This document shows positions 39,468 through 52,831 of a stretch of DNA of 64,000 nt, piece by piece. Source of the DNA: Octopus bimaculoides (Eukaryota); contig NC_069001.1 in NCBI RefSeq assembly GCF_001194135.2, forward strand, positions 6,267,913 through 6,331,912, given 5' to 3'. Both the position numbers and the translations under genes were made by a program. Positions within the stretch are counted from its first letter, which is position 1. Each line of letters begins with the position of its first letter. A model generated the notes under the pieces. That model saw only the letters and a list, made by a program, of their open reading frames with translations. It made no database searches and had not been told where the DNA came from.

Positions 39468-39513
39468 GACACCCGATGAAGGCTGGAGAGTACATCAGCC
39501 GAAACGTTGGGTT
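39468..39513 (+). ncRNA. Minimal type I hammerhead ribozyme fold, mutated (probably inactive in this copy)
   Basis: Helix I GACAC/GGGUU (1 mismatch); core CCGAUGA (CUGANGA with U4C); extra A; helix II GGCUG/CAGCC with 10-nt loop; GAAA; palindromic ACGU helix III; putative cleavage after GUU at 39508. Confidence 0.55.
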
Positions 39514-40162
39514 AACAACAAACAAGATGAGGACAAATATCCGTCAAATGTATATAATGTAGATAATGTACAAAATTCCTCATCTCTTAAATATAGAACT
39601 GCATATGCATACTTGAATAACTATATCTATATTTTAGTGAAAGAGACTAGTTTCTAGGTTAGAAACGATCCAGTGTTTTAGTGGTGAGAAATCTTAGGAA
39701 TAAAGAGGAACGTACGTAATGCATACATTCATACATACACACATATATCCATACACACACATACATACATACATATATACATACATACATACATACATAC
39801 CTATAAACATACTATAATGATAAACGAGTTGTTGAGTTTGGTTCTTTGATAAGTAACTACCTCTGGCAATCAAAATACATTGTTAGTGTTTTTAAACATA
39901 GTGGGAATCTCTTCCAAACTATATTATTAATATTTAATTTCACTGCTATTCTACTTGAACATTTCTTCAAGTGTTCTTTATTTTCTCACTTGTTTTCTTC
40001 ACATCCTGTTATTCTTCATTTCTGACAAACCTACTTTTGAAGATTACTTCAAGACTTTTCTGGATCAACAATATTCTATAGATCTTCCTCTTCCTTTCTT
40101 TTTTTCTCTCTCTCTCTCTCCCTCCCCCTCTCTCTCTCTCTGTTTATCTATCTATTTATCTA

Positions 40163-40201
<39 letters not shown>

Positions 40202-41556
40202 CTCTCTCTCTCTCTCTCCTGTTTTCTTTGACGAGACACCTGCCTCATATTTATATTAAACATGCTTGCGTTTGTTACACACACACACACACACACACAA
40301 GCTATGCCGAATACACTATGAATTTTAGCTCAGAATTTCTCGGAATTCTTATTGCAGCATAATAATAATGATGATAATACGAATAATAATCCTTTCTACT
40401 AAAGGCACAAGGCCTGAAATTTGTGGGTGGGAGTTAGGCGGAATTTGGGGACTTCTTCGCTAAAGGTCTTCTGCTGTTCAGCTGTCCCTTGAGTTTCTTA
40501 CTACTATCATGTTTAATGTCTGTCACTCAATTTGAATTTTAGCAGCTTGACCATTGTTGGAATGGGTATGGAGTTTGGAATAGTCGGGATACATGTGAAA
40601 AAATAATTCATTTCGACATCCGCTCTATGACCGAGTAACTGATGCCAAAAGATTCTTGTTTATTATTCTCGAAGTCTGTCGTACATGGTCGGTCGACACG
40701 TCAGAAATAGCAATAAAGTATTCTTCAATCTACACCTTATCGTTTTAAATAAAGAAAAATAACATGAAAAAAATTAGAACACTACGCCATCTTTAAGAAT
40801 AGTGTGTATTATTAGTATGAATTTATCAACAAACACAGGTTATTCCATGTCTGGCGAAGTCGATCTATCATGGTAAATGTTGCTAAATTGAACTTCCAAT
40901 AGTGTCTGCCCTTACGTGTTTCAATCGTGGGTTCGTTCATTGTTCACCATATGTGAACGTTATTACCGTATACTAATTGTGTAGTTATAACAATATTTTG
41001 AATTTAAAATTAATTTCAAACAATACTGAAATTTTTCATTGAATTTATAAAGAAACTATTTTAAAATGCTTACGCGTAAGAATAATAATAACTTGGACAA
41101 TTTGTTCAGAGTATGTAATGTAACTGGTAACGCTATAGCAGCTATTGTATGGTGTAATGAGCAATAAGCAATCAACAGTGCCTTACATTTGAATGGTAAA
41201 TAAAAGTTCACTGAATTACGTGTTTCTGGCTCTTCTCGGTTTATATATTACTATTATGAAATGCCTAGGTAATTTACTGCATCAAGACGTTTTATTCTAT
41301 AGCAATTATACTGCCTCTGTGTTTTGGTTATCCATATTTATGCATTCATTACACAGTGTGAATGGGCGTTTGCCAATAAATTTTACTAAATTGCCAAAGA
41401 ATCATTAATATAAACTTTTAAATAAAATAGTAATGGATTGTAGCACCATCGATTTAATAATATAGCCACACTCAGTCGTAAAACGCAATGAATCTGCTGC
41501 TTGTATTTCGTTACAGAAACCTTATCAATTACATCCTATTACACCGAAATACAAAA

Positions 41557-41661
<105 letters not shown>

Positions 41662-43017
41662 ATGTATATGCGTGTGTATGTGCTATATGTGTTTTCAAAA
41701 CTGACACATTTCAAGTGTTTCTCAAAACTATTTTTCCTAACGTTCATCTATAAGTAGGATGTTCGAGAAATAATTTGTATATGTCTAGGTATATTCAAAT
41801 ATTTAGTTGAATCTTTGTTTACTGATCAGCATTAAATCAATCATTGTCACTTGATTTGTTTCATTTGAAATACATTGTCATTCATTTTATTGCTAATACG
41901 ATATAGACATCTTAATACGCATATATTTATTGAGACAAGAAGTTTTAAGATATTTATATTGTTTGTCTTACACACTATTAGGATAAAAAACATTTAAGCA
42001 ACGATTTATATTTTGATGATATATTGCAAATGTTAACAATGAATGATTTAATGTTACTTAATAAAAAGGGGGTTTTATTGAACTTATAATATAGCTAACC
42101 ATACATTATGTGCTGGAAATTGCATTATATATTCATATACCTAAAACATGCATATAGATATAGTTACAATATATATAGCTGTTAACGTAAGTATTGCATA
42201 TACATATGCATACACATGTATATTTCTCTCTCCCTACCTCTCTCTCCCCTTACATGTGTTCAATTTAATATAAACTTGTGTGTTGAATTGCAGCTCATTT
42301 TCTAAACGTTAAACTTAACTGCCTAAGAAATGTTAAGCACAAATTTAAAACTGAAATAGTACTGGTGTCGATAATTAAAACCATTTGAATCGGTGCCCCA
42401 GCTTAGCCGCGACTCGAAAATTACACTCAGCAAAAAGATTAATGTAGTCGACATAAAATGTTAATGTTAAAACTGTTTTGGTGTTTCATGCCCGACTTTG
42501 GCAATATTCACACGCTTTGCTTTCCAAAATAGTCTGCCTGAAGATTGCCACTGGCTGACACGAAACTAAACTTTGATACTAAACATGTGAAATTCTAAGC
42601 TTTAAAATCTTCGTGCGTGTTTGTATGTGTGTGTGTGTGTGTATACATACTCGTACACACACATTTATACACATGTATGTATGTATGTATGTATGTATGT
42701 ATGTATGTATGTATGTATGTATGTATGTATGCATGCATGTATGCATGTATGTATGTATGTATGTATGTATGTATGTATGTATGTATGTATACACATGTAA
42801 ATATTCAATTACACGACACAGATATGTATGTTACCATATTTATAAAATATGTGAATACTCACAAGCATGCGTATGTGTCTTTCATTTCCCATTATACACA
42901 CACACACACAAGCACACATATATATTTATATATATGCATATATATACATGCATACATATATATAAATATATATATGTGTGTGTGTGTGTGTGCGTGTGTG
43001 TGAAAACACACACGACA

Positions 43018-43072
<55 letters not shown>

Positions 43073-43639
43073 CGTTGTGTGTGTGTGTGTGTGTATGTGT
43101 GTGTAATATATAATATTTAGAATACTTATGTCTGCGTCTGTGTGTGTGTGTCTGCACGTGTATGAATAGATGTTCACAGAACTTACTTTTGCTATTATTC
43201 ACCTCTACGGAATGTATTTGTAAATTTTTTTAAGCAAACCAAAGCCATCTTGTGTGATGTATTAACACGAAAGTGGAAACAAATAGAATCAAAGAGAAGT
43301 CAATATATAAATAAAATAAAATATATAATACACATACATTTATAAACAGATAATAAATATAAATTTATAAATATATAAAATATGTAAGTGCAAAAACAAA
43401 TAAAATATATAAAATACATGAAGAAGTAAAACGATAAAAAAAAAAAAAGACACAAAACTCTCAACGACAAAGATTTCGGCATCTTCTTCTGTATCAAGAT
43501 TACATTAAAGTAACTGTAAGAAGATTGCAATGAGAATTCTGTGAAATAGGTGTTATGCAGAAGAAATTTTAGATTGGCAGTTTTGTCGATTCTTTCACAG
43601 CAATCATTCTCTCTCTGTACGAAATAAAATCTTTGTACT

Positions 43640-44135
43640 ATAGAACAAGACTCGGAATTTTGAGGGAGGAAGCGAGTCGATCTCGGTAGAATATGAACTC
43701 GGGACATAAAGCCGGAAGAAATGTCGCTATGCATTTTTTTCGGCGTGGTAACCATTCTGCCAGCTCGCCACCTTTCTCTTTATGAAATAACTCTTCCTCT
43801 TTTTGGCACAAGTCAACCTTTTTTTTTTTTTTTTGAGGGAAGGAGAAACGTCAATTACATCCACCCTAATCCAGTGCTCGACTGGTACTTATTTCATCGA
43901 CCTCGGTAGAATGAATAGCAAAGTCAACCTCGGCGGAATTTGAGCTGAGAACAGAACGGGTAGAAATGCGGTTATGCTAAAAAAAGTAGCAGTTTTTGGA
44001 GTAGAGGAGATAAGTCAATTGCATCGACTCCAGAGTTCAATTTGTACTCATTTTATCGACACCGGAAGGATTAATGACAAAGTCAACCTCTGCGGAATTT
44101 GAACTCAGAACGTAAAGTCAGACGAAATGCCGGTA
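43640..44135 (-). mobile_element. Cluster of three partial SINE family A copies
   Basis: Head CATTCTGCCAGCTCGCC at ~43755-43770; repeated AAAGTCAACCTC..CGGAATTTGA(A/G)CT segments at ~43920 and ~44080. Confidence 0.7.
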
Positions 44136-44430
44136 AACAAAAGACGAAGACAGGNNNNNNNNNNNNNNNNNNNNNNNNNNNNNNNNNNNNNNNNNNNNNN
44201 NNNNNNNNNNNNNNNNNNNNNNNNNNNNNNNNNNNNNNNNNNNNNNNNNNNNNNNNNNNNNNNNNNNNNNNNNNNNNNNNNNNNNNNNNNNNNNNNNNNN
44301 NNNNNNNNNNNNNNNAAAAAAAAAAAAAAAAAAAGGAAAGAGAACAAAACGTGTGTGTATGTGAGTAAATGTGTATATACGTGTGTATCTTATGTATCTA
44401 AGTATGTATGTCCGTATGTACAAGAACGTC

Positions 44431-44662
44431 TGAGCACATTGGTGCAAAAAGAGATGGAGAAAATATTACTCGAAATGTGGAGTATACAATAGAGAGGTTT
44501 ATTGAAGTTGAAAATTTTCACAAAACTGTTGTTTCGAATAATCGATGCCGTAAAAGTCAGAGTAAACAGTTTTGTGAAGTGTTTCACCTTCAATAAATCG
44601 CTATTTTATACTCCACATTTCGAGCACTTTTTTCTCCAGCTTGTTTTGCACCAATGTGCTCA
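44431..44662. mobile_element. 232-bp foldback/MITE-like element, copy 1
   Basis: Arms of ~97-100 nt (TGAGCACATTGGTGCAAAA...CACAAAACTGTT and its reverse complement) around a ~34-nt spacer. Confidence 0.85.
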
Positions 44663-44829
44663 CACATACATACATACATACATACATACATACAGATATA
44701 TAGATATGTGCGCGCGCGCGCGTGTAGATTTAATAAGTTAAAATAAGCAAAAATATGTCTCGAGGCTTGTTATTAATTGTAGAAATTACAAGTTTGCGAC
44801 GAAGGCTGTGCTTTCTTCTTCTTACTTAC

Positions 44830-45590
44830 CAAGCCAAGTGCACAGTTATTATTGGCATAAATGTGACTCTATAATCTGGGTTTAGAAGCTGGAGGCTTCG
44901 AAGCAGTTGTCCATGGTTATCCTATTTCTCTTTGATTTTCTGTAGAGCCGTTGATCACTTTGAGTACGTACTTCTTATCTGTCCCATGCAGCAATATCCA
45001 GCCTACTATGGTTGCACTTGGTAGAAGTTTCTGTTGGCACGTTCCAGTAATATTTCTTGTGTTGGTGTTTACGTATGTATTGAATAAGAGAGGGTACATT
45101 ATATTTATTCTACGCTAGTCTTTTTTTTTTTCGAATGGCATTCTGTATTGTTTTAACGACGTCTTGTTACATAGAGCTAATACCTAGTCATTTTTTTTCT
45201 TTTGGTCGCTGTTGATCACGTGTGGTGTCTTCCACAGAAATGTGACATAACCTACATTCTAGGTTGCATATTGGAGCCACAAGGGCTTCACTAGGTTTTT
45301 GTTTATTAGCTATTTTGTAACAATCTATTCTTTGGAAGTGTGATGTGATGTAGCTGTCGCGAGACCAACAAAGGCTGCTCTTCAGGTGGATATTAATGCG
45401 GCTTTCAAATCTTCGTGAAACGTCTTCATGCATGGCCTTTTTTTCGGTATACTGAACGCTTTATATCCGAGGCTCTTTTGAGATGTTTTAATGCAGCTGT
45501 TTTGGGGTTGTATGCAAGGCTGTCAGGAAAAGAATGTTTCCTGAGCATTTCATCGTCGACACGAAGGATGTCGTTGCTAGATTTATGGTT
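44830..45590 (-). mobile_element. R4/Dong LINE 3' part (thumb, CCHC, REL)
   Basis: YRKKGH/MHEDVSRRFESRINIHLKSSLCWSRDSYITSHF, CRLCHISVED, QDVVKTIQNAIRKK, YYWNVPTETSTKCNHSRLDIAAWD, GQLLRSLQLLNPDYRVTFMPII. Confidence 0.85.
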
Positions 45591-45710
45591 CCCTCCCCCA
45601 TACACACTCAAGCACACGCGCGCGTGCACGCACACACATACACACACATATACAAATTTGCAAACATATATAAATTTGTCTTCCATAACCAAATTCTTGT
45701 ATATTTAGAC

Positions 45711-45781
<71 letters not shown>

Positions 45782-45835
45782 CTATACATATGTATGCATG
45801 TATATATATAAATATATATATATATGTGTATGTAT

Positions 45836-45940
<105 letters not shown>

Positions 45941-47954
45941 TATATATACATACATGCATACATATATAAATACATATAGTGTGTGTGTGTGTGAACTTTA
46001 TTCAAATATTCAGAAATATATGTATTCTAATGGGAATATGTACACACATACATACACATACATACATACATACATACATACATACATACATACATAATAC
46101 ATACATACATACATACGTACGTACATACATATGCAAATATGTAAATATATGTCTGCGCCTGTGTGTGTACATGCATGTGTGTTCATTTAAATACTTGTGT
46201 GATAGCGTGATCTTAACAGGCGTGCGACAATCAATGAAAACACAATGAAAACCACACACACACACATAATATATAGACTTATACATCATATGTTCATATA
46301 TAGTCAACTACATACACATTGCACAGCTTCATACATAGCTTCCATATACATAGACATGTGTGTATGTTTGTGAGTCTGTATGTGCCTGTGTAAGTCACAC
46401 ACACACTCGTACAGACACAAATGCACACACACACAGAAACACATACACACATACTCACACACGTATATATTTATTCTGTTATTTCCTTTGACGCTCTTAT
46501 TTCTTTAATTTAATTTCCTTCTCAATGTTGTGTTTTCCATATTCTATATTCTACGTCTGCATTGAGAATTTGTCTCTGAAAACTTGTCTCCAAGACTTTT
46601 TATCGTGTTGAGGAGAAAATATTTGCAGTGTTGCTAAGGTGCTCTGTAAACAATGCTGCGTATGTATGTATGTGTGCTTGGATGGGGCTATAGATTTCAC
46701 TTGATAACTGACGCGACTGTCTACGAATGTTATTTGCAATACAAAAATTATATAGTCTCATATAAACACACATACTTACATACACACAATCACATGCCTA
46801 CATACATAATACATACATATATGCATACACACGTACGCACGTACACAGATGCATACATAAATGCATGCATATATATATACACGCATTGGTATATATGTTC
46901 AGACATTTTTTTTATAGCTGGTACAACTAGAAACAAGTAGATACACATGTATTATAGCTTAATATTGAAATTTTATGTTGTGACAAAACCTCACGTGACG
47001 TTGAGATTTGGTCTGGCTAATTGAAATTGTCTAATTGAAGATTTTAGCTTATTTTGTTAAGAGTCATGTGTTTTTGAATTGTAAATCTTTTGGTGACCAT
47101 CATCTCTTCTTGTATATCAGGGATTCGGTTGTCCAGTGTTTTCTTTTCATCCTTCTTTAAGACTGCAGTAAATGCAGATTTGGTTGCTGTTTCTGACAGT
47201 TAATTCGACCTATCAGAATCTGGCTTCTGTCTTTGCCAGTATGTGTTCACACAAATCGCTGTGTGCGTGTGTGTGTGAAAAGGTGTATAATGGTGTTTCT
47301 ACTGTGTCTATATACTGGTGTTACCGTATATGATTTGAAGAAAATTTGACTACTATTTTTACCAAGTCCAGGTAAGGATTCAGTTGTTGTCTCATTCATA
47401 CATGCACACAAGTCTATACCTATGAAACAATAATGTGTGGTTGGAATGAAAGTTGGCTACTATTCAGATTGAAGAACTCAAGAATCTGTTTAAACAGTAT
47501 GAATGAGATCTTCATTAAATGACCCTGCGCCGATAAATTAATTCCATCTCATTAGTGGTGATGACGATGGCGGAGATTGAATAATAGGAAAAAGGCAGAG
47601 GAGCAATGGAAGAGTGAAAGAGAGAACAAGCTTAAGAGAAGTGAAAGAAAGAAAGCAAAGATTGTAGGTCAAACGATATATAGAAATTGAGATTGGGAAG
47701 AATGAGATTTAAAAAAGAAAGAGAGAGAACAAGCAATGAGTTGATATTGAATGAATAAATGAGTAAAAAGGAAGAAAACTTAACGAAAGAAATGAAGTAA
47801 AAAGAAATAATAAAAAAGAAAAGAAAATAAGGTAAAAAATAAAAGGAAAGGTAAAAAAAAAAATGCAAGAAAGAAAAGTAAATAAAGAAAACGAGAGAGT
47901 ATTTTCTGGCAGGAATAAGTAATGGAATATCTTTGTATCTATTTTCTTTTTGTT

Positions 47955-48600
47955 GTATTATGGGAATACTCCTGGTAGAGTATCATGAGTACCTTGTTTA
48001 CCAAGTCAGAATATACATGTAGTGTCTATACAGAATATTGTGTTGTTGTTGTTGAACTCTAGGTCAGTTACAATAAAGTGCCTTTGGCGTAACTATTCTG
48101 TATTTTACTCAGACACTGTTTGTCTAGGACTAATATCATCTAATGCGCTCTTCATTCTTTATGACAGTGGGTTACGATTGGAGAGAAATCTGGTTGCTAT
48201 TTCAAGCAGATCAAGAGACTGCGTAGAGGCTTCCTCATTAGCTCGTACTGTGTTACGTAGAGATTCCCTGTGGAGTATTTCACCAAAGGAAAATGTCAAT
48301 TAGATGAGTATCCAACTGAGTGAAAACTGATTGTGTGAAAATATCTGGATCAACAAGTTTCAAGTGAATAGCTTAGTGGACGAGATAAGCGTTCCTATAT
48401 TTATATGGCGTCTGATATAACAAAAGAATACCACCAACAAACTGAATGGCAAAATTAATGAAATAGCACAAACGATTAATACGTATGACAAATTAGTAGA
48501 ATAGTGAATGTAAATAGGTGCATATCGTTCTGCGAGATTATTAAAAATTAGGATAATGTGATATACAGTATTCAATCGTAAAGAATATAATATTGCTTTA
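47955..48600 (+). mobile_element. Degenerate RTE (Expander-like) RT fragment
   Basis: CVVVVEL*VSYNKVP..LFCILLRH..ALHSL*..VTIGEKSGCYF..RLRRGF.ISS aligns by eye to CFVDLEKAYDRVPR..LW.VL..SLY..V.I.G.KS..F..GLRQGC.LSP. Confidence 0.5.
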
Positions 48601-48641
48601 GTATTTATTAGTAGTGGTGACAGATAGGTTAGTATCTAGGA

Positions 48642-49175
48642 CAGTGGTTCGCAACCATTTGGACTCTTTTGATTCCTATTTACTTTGGTGGTCCCCCATA
48701 GCCATTTTGAAATTTAAAAAAATATTTTCCATTATATTTTTATAATTAAATATTATTAAGAATTGTATAAAAAAATTGTGGGGGCGCATGGTCTAGTGGC
48801 TAGGGTGTTGAACTCACGATCGCAAGATCGTGGTTTCAATACTTAGACAGGGTGGTGCATTGTATTCTTGAGCAAAATATTTTATTTTACGTTGCTCTGC
48901 GATCACTTTGACATCTGGTACACCACTTCATCGATTTGATGAAGGGAGCAAGCTAATGTACGGCACATTAGCTCACGTTGATCACTATAAACAAATCATT
49001 TATGCAGGTTGTTCGGCAAAAGCTGGACATTCATAGGCCATCTTCGACGGGAGAGTCCATCATAAGAAGAATTGCTAAAATATTTTATGTATTGTAGAAG
49101 TATAACCAATTTATTGCACATAAATTTTAACAACTGAATCTTATATGGACCCCGCACCCCCGATGAGAACCACTG
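48642..49175. mobile_element. hAT-like MITE split by a SINE family C insertion (48779-49070)
   Basis: TIRs CAGTGGTTCGCAACC / GATGAGAACCACTG; the MITE body AAGAATTGT..AAAATATTTTATG resumes after the SINE. Confidence 0.75.
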
Positions 49176-50627
49176 GTTTTCGACTTATTAAAATTTACTA
49201 TTTAGTCTTACTAATCGTAGGTTGCTTTTGCTATTTCAACATTTGTACGACTCAGAAAGTTATGATTGCTAATTGGCTATTTATGCTATTGTGATGATCT
49301 CTGACAGGACTTCTCTCAAATTTGCTATAAATCTAACGAATCCAGCCACTACATCTTTCCTTCACATAAGTTTTGCCGACAATTCGATCTAGCTACCACA
49401 TGTGTCAGTCAATACAATATGAATAAATAATATAAATCATACCAACAATTTAATGTAGCAGTCTCATTTATCAGTCTATATGAGTCAATAACATAAGTTC
49501 TACCGACAATTTGATTTAACAATATCATCTGTCAGTATGTATGAGTCAATATAAACCGTCAACTTGGCCATCTTTTGATACCATTTATAATTGACTGCCT
49601 CGACGTTGAAAGACTGTCTGATTTAATGGAAATGTTGTTTTTAGTAAATAGACAATTGTTTTGCAGACAAAACAGTTTTAAGAAAACAATAAAGAAGTTT
49701 AAAGAAGAAACAAAAAAACATTCTATATTTTTCTTCTTTTAAAATCTATCATAATTTCTTTACTGTCTATTTCAGTTTCCTTTCCATTTTTTTTTATTTC
49801 ATTTCTTTTCTTTGTCTTCCTTCCCCATTTTCTTTTTGTCTGGTTTTCATCTTTAAGCAAGAACATTATAAGATAAAAGTAAACATATATTTGACAGTTC
49901 GTGAGGTAACTATACACATATTTTTTTCATATGGCTACTCGTTATTTTTTCACTTAGACATTGCTTATAACCACAAGTAACTTTTAATTAATGTTGAGTA
50001 CCCTCAGTGAATAAGTACCCCCAAAGGATGAATTAAGATGGGCCTTGTGAGATTCATGTGTCTAGTTAAAAAGCATTTGCTTTGTATGTCTGTGCGTCTT
50101 ATATATATATATATATATATATATACGTATATATGCACACACACACACACACACACACACGTATAATATAATAATGTACGAATGCGTGTGTATATATGTG
50201 TGCAGGCATATGCACATATCTATTTATTTATCTACCTATCTACCCTCTCTCTCTTTCTCTCTCTTTCTCATATATAGACATACACACACACACACACACA
50301 CACATATATACACACACACACATATACACACATATATATGTATGTGTGTATGTATGTAAGTATGTAGTTCAAATTTACAGAAAGCAAAAGTTGAAGACAG
50401 GTGAAAGAATAACAAGCAGGTGTGTTAGTTTAACGCTTGGGAAGAATGGAAAAGTTTTTGACGTTTCGAGCCTACGCTCTTCGACAGAAATAAGTGAGGA
50501 GGAAAAAACGGAGAGAGAACAAGAAAAAAAAAAGGAAAGAGAACAAAATGTGTGTATGTGAGTAAATGTGTATATATGTGTGTATCTTATGTATCTAAGT
50601 GTGTATGTCCGTATGTACAAGAACGTC

Positions 50628-50859
50628 TGAGCACATTGGTGCAAAAAGAGATGGAGAAAATATTACTCGAAATGTGGAGTATACAATAGAGAAGTTTATT
50701 GAAGTTGAAAATTTTCACAAAACTGTTGTTTCGAATAATCGATACCGTAAAAGTCAGAGTAAACAGTTTTGTGAAGTGTTTCACCTTCAATAAATCGCTA
50801 TTTTATACTCCACATTTCGAGTACTTTTTTCTCCAGCTTGTTTTGCACCAATGTGCTCA
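50628..50859. mobile_element. 232-bp foldback/MITE-like element, copy 2
   Basis: Same length as copy 1, with 3 substitutions seen by eye. Confidence 0.85.
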
Positions 50860-51067
50860 CACATACATACATACATACATACATACATGTACGTACATTC
50901 ATACATACATACATACATACATGTACGTACATTCATACATACATACATACATACATACATACATACATGTACGTACATTCATACATACATACATGTACGT
51001 ACATTAATACATACATACATATATACATACATATGTGCGTGCGTGCGTGTGTGTGTGTGTGTGTGCA

Positions 51068-51101
<34 letters not shown>

Positions 51102-51205
51102 TGTGTATAGATTTAATAAGTTAAAATAAGCAAAAATGTGTCTTGAGGCTTGTTATTAATTGTAGAAATTACAAGTTTGCGACGAAGGCTGTGCTTTCTT
51201 CTTAT

Positions 51206-51237
<32 letters not shown>

Positions 51238-51349
51238 TTCTTCTTCTTCTTCTTCTTCTCTTTTTTTCTTTCTTTCTATCTTTCTTTATTTTTTCCTTTC
51301 TATCCTTCTTTCTTTCTTTCCTTCTTTCATTCAAGTTTGCGACGAAGGC

Positions 51350-51400
<51 letters not shown>

Positions 51401-52409
51401 CTGATCAATCTTCCACAATCTCTATTCTTCTCCATCTCTTTCCTTGCACATTTTCGCCTGTAAGCGACAGCAATTATGATTGAAAGTAAAAAAAAAATTA
51501 TTGGACCGAATCATAAAAATACAATAAAAATATGTTTTTTATATGTATATTATTTTCCTAATATAAATTACATACACACATACATAAACAAAAACAAGTG
51601 TGTGTGTATGAGTGTGTATACGCATATTTCAATTCATATATTTGTATAGCTATACAGACATATTTATAGTATGTGTATATTGTGTGTAACTATATGCATA
51701 TGTATATGTGTTTGGACTACAAAACGTGAAATATATAATAATGATAATATTAATAATAATGATGATTATTATTGTTGTTGTTGTAGTTGTTATTATAAAA
51801 GAAAAATATAACAAAACAAGAAAGATTGTAATTATTAGTGTAAGAGAAACCGGAGCAAAAGCAATCATAAAAATAAAAATATTACCATCGATAAAGTTGG
51901 AAAAAAAAAATGTCTGATGTCAACATATAGACGTGTTTGCATGTATATACATACTTACAAACAGATATGTGTGTGTGTNNNNNNNNNNTATATATATATA
52001 TGTTATAAATATGTATGTATGTATACATGTATATATACATGTGTACATGGATGTAGGTATATATGTATATATATATCTGTACATACATGTTGGTATATAT
52101 TTATATATATGTCTGTATATACTTTGTATGTGTTCGCTCGCGCCTATTTGTGCAGGTATGCAAAAAAAAAAAAGACAAGTTGAAAGAAAAGTTAACAGGA
52201 TGTAGTAGTTTAACGCTCAAGAGTAATGGAAGAAATCTTTAACGTTTCGAACTTACGCTCTTTTGCAGTAAGAATAGTTGAGAAGAGTAAAAACAAACGT
52301 GTCTGAATTATACGGTCAAGGCATACTGAAGTAATCGAAAAATGATGAAGTTAGTTTGAGGCTAACAGACGCACGCAAGCACGCACACACATGCACACAT
52401 ATATTGCAA

Positions 52410-52582
52410 CGCAAGCGTGGCTGTATGGTAAGAAGCTTGCTTCCTAACCACATGGTTCCGGGTTCAGTTCGACAGAGTGGCACCTTGGGCAAGAGTCTTC
52501 TACTATAGTCACGGGCCAACCAAAGCCTTGTGAGTGAATTTCGAAGATGGAAACTGGAAGAAGCTCGTGTGTATACACACAC

Positions 52583-52618
<36 letters not shown>

Positions 52619-52831
52619 GTCTGCATGTGTGCTTTGTATCCGTGTTTGTCTCTCCACACCGCTTGCGCGTACATCACCGTAAGCTAGCGATTCGACAGAA
52701 GTGACCGATAAAATAAGGATCAGGCTTAAGAAAAAGATAAGTCCTGAGGTCGATATATACGAGTAAAATTTCTTAATTGTAGTGCCCCAGCATGACCGCA
52801 GTCTAATGACTGAAAGCACTAAAAAAACGAT
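52410..52831 (+). mobile_element. SINE family B
   Basis: GCGTGGCTGTATGGTAAGAAGCTTGCTTCCTAACCACATGGTTCCGGGTTCAG head, CCTTGGGCAAG core, internal (TA)n, tail. Confidence 0.85.

Larger units (their letters stand above)
39125..39600 (+). mobile_element. Penelope-like element 3' end: GIY-YIG C-terminus plus terminal (pLTR-like) region
   Basis: KIRKLKEAAHI (39141-39173), frameshift, NNLLSRPSTDMSSIWEPVLRKVLRKY* (39179-39259), then a tRNA-like segment, (AAT)n and a hammerhead-like motif. Confidence 0.65.
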
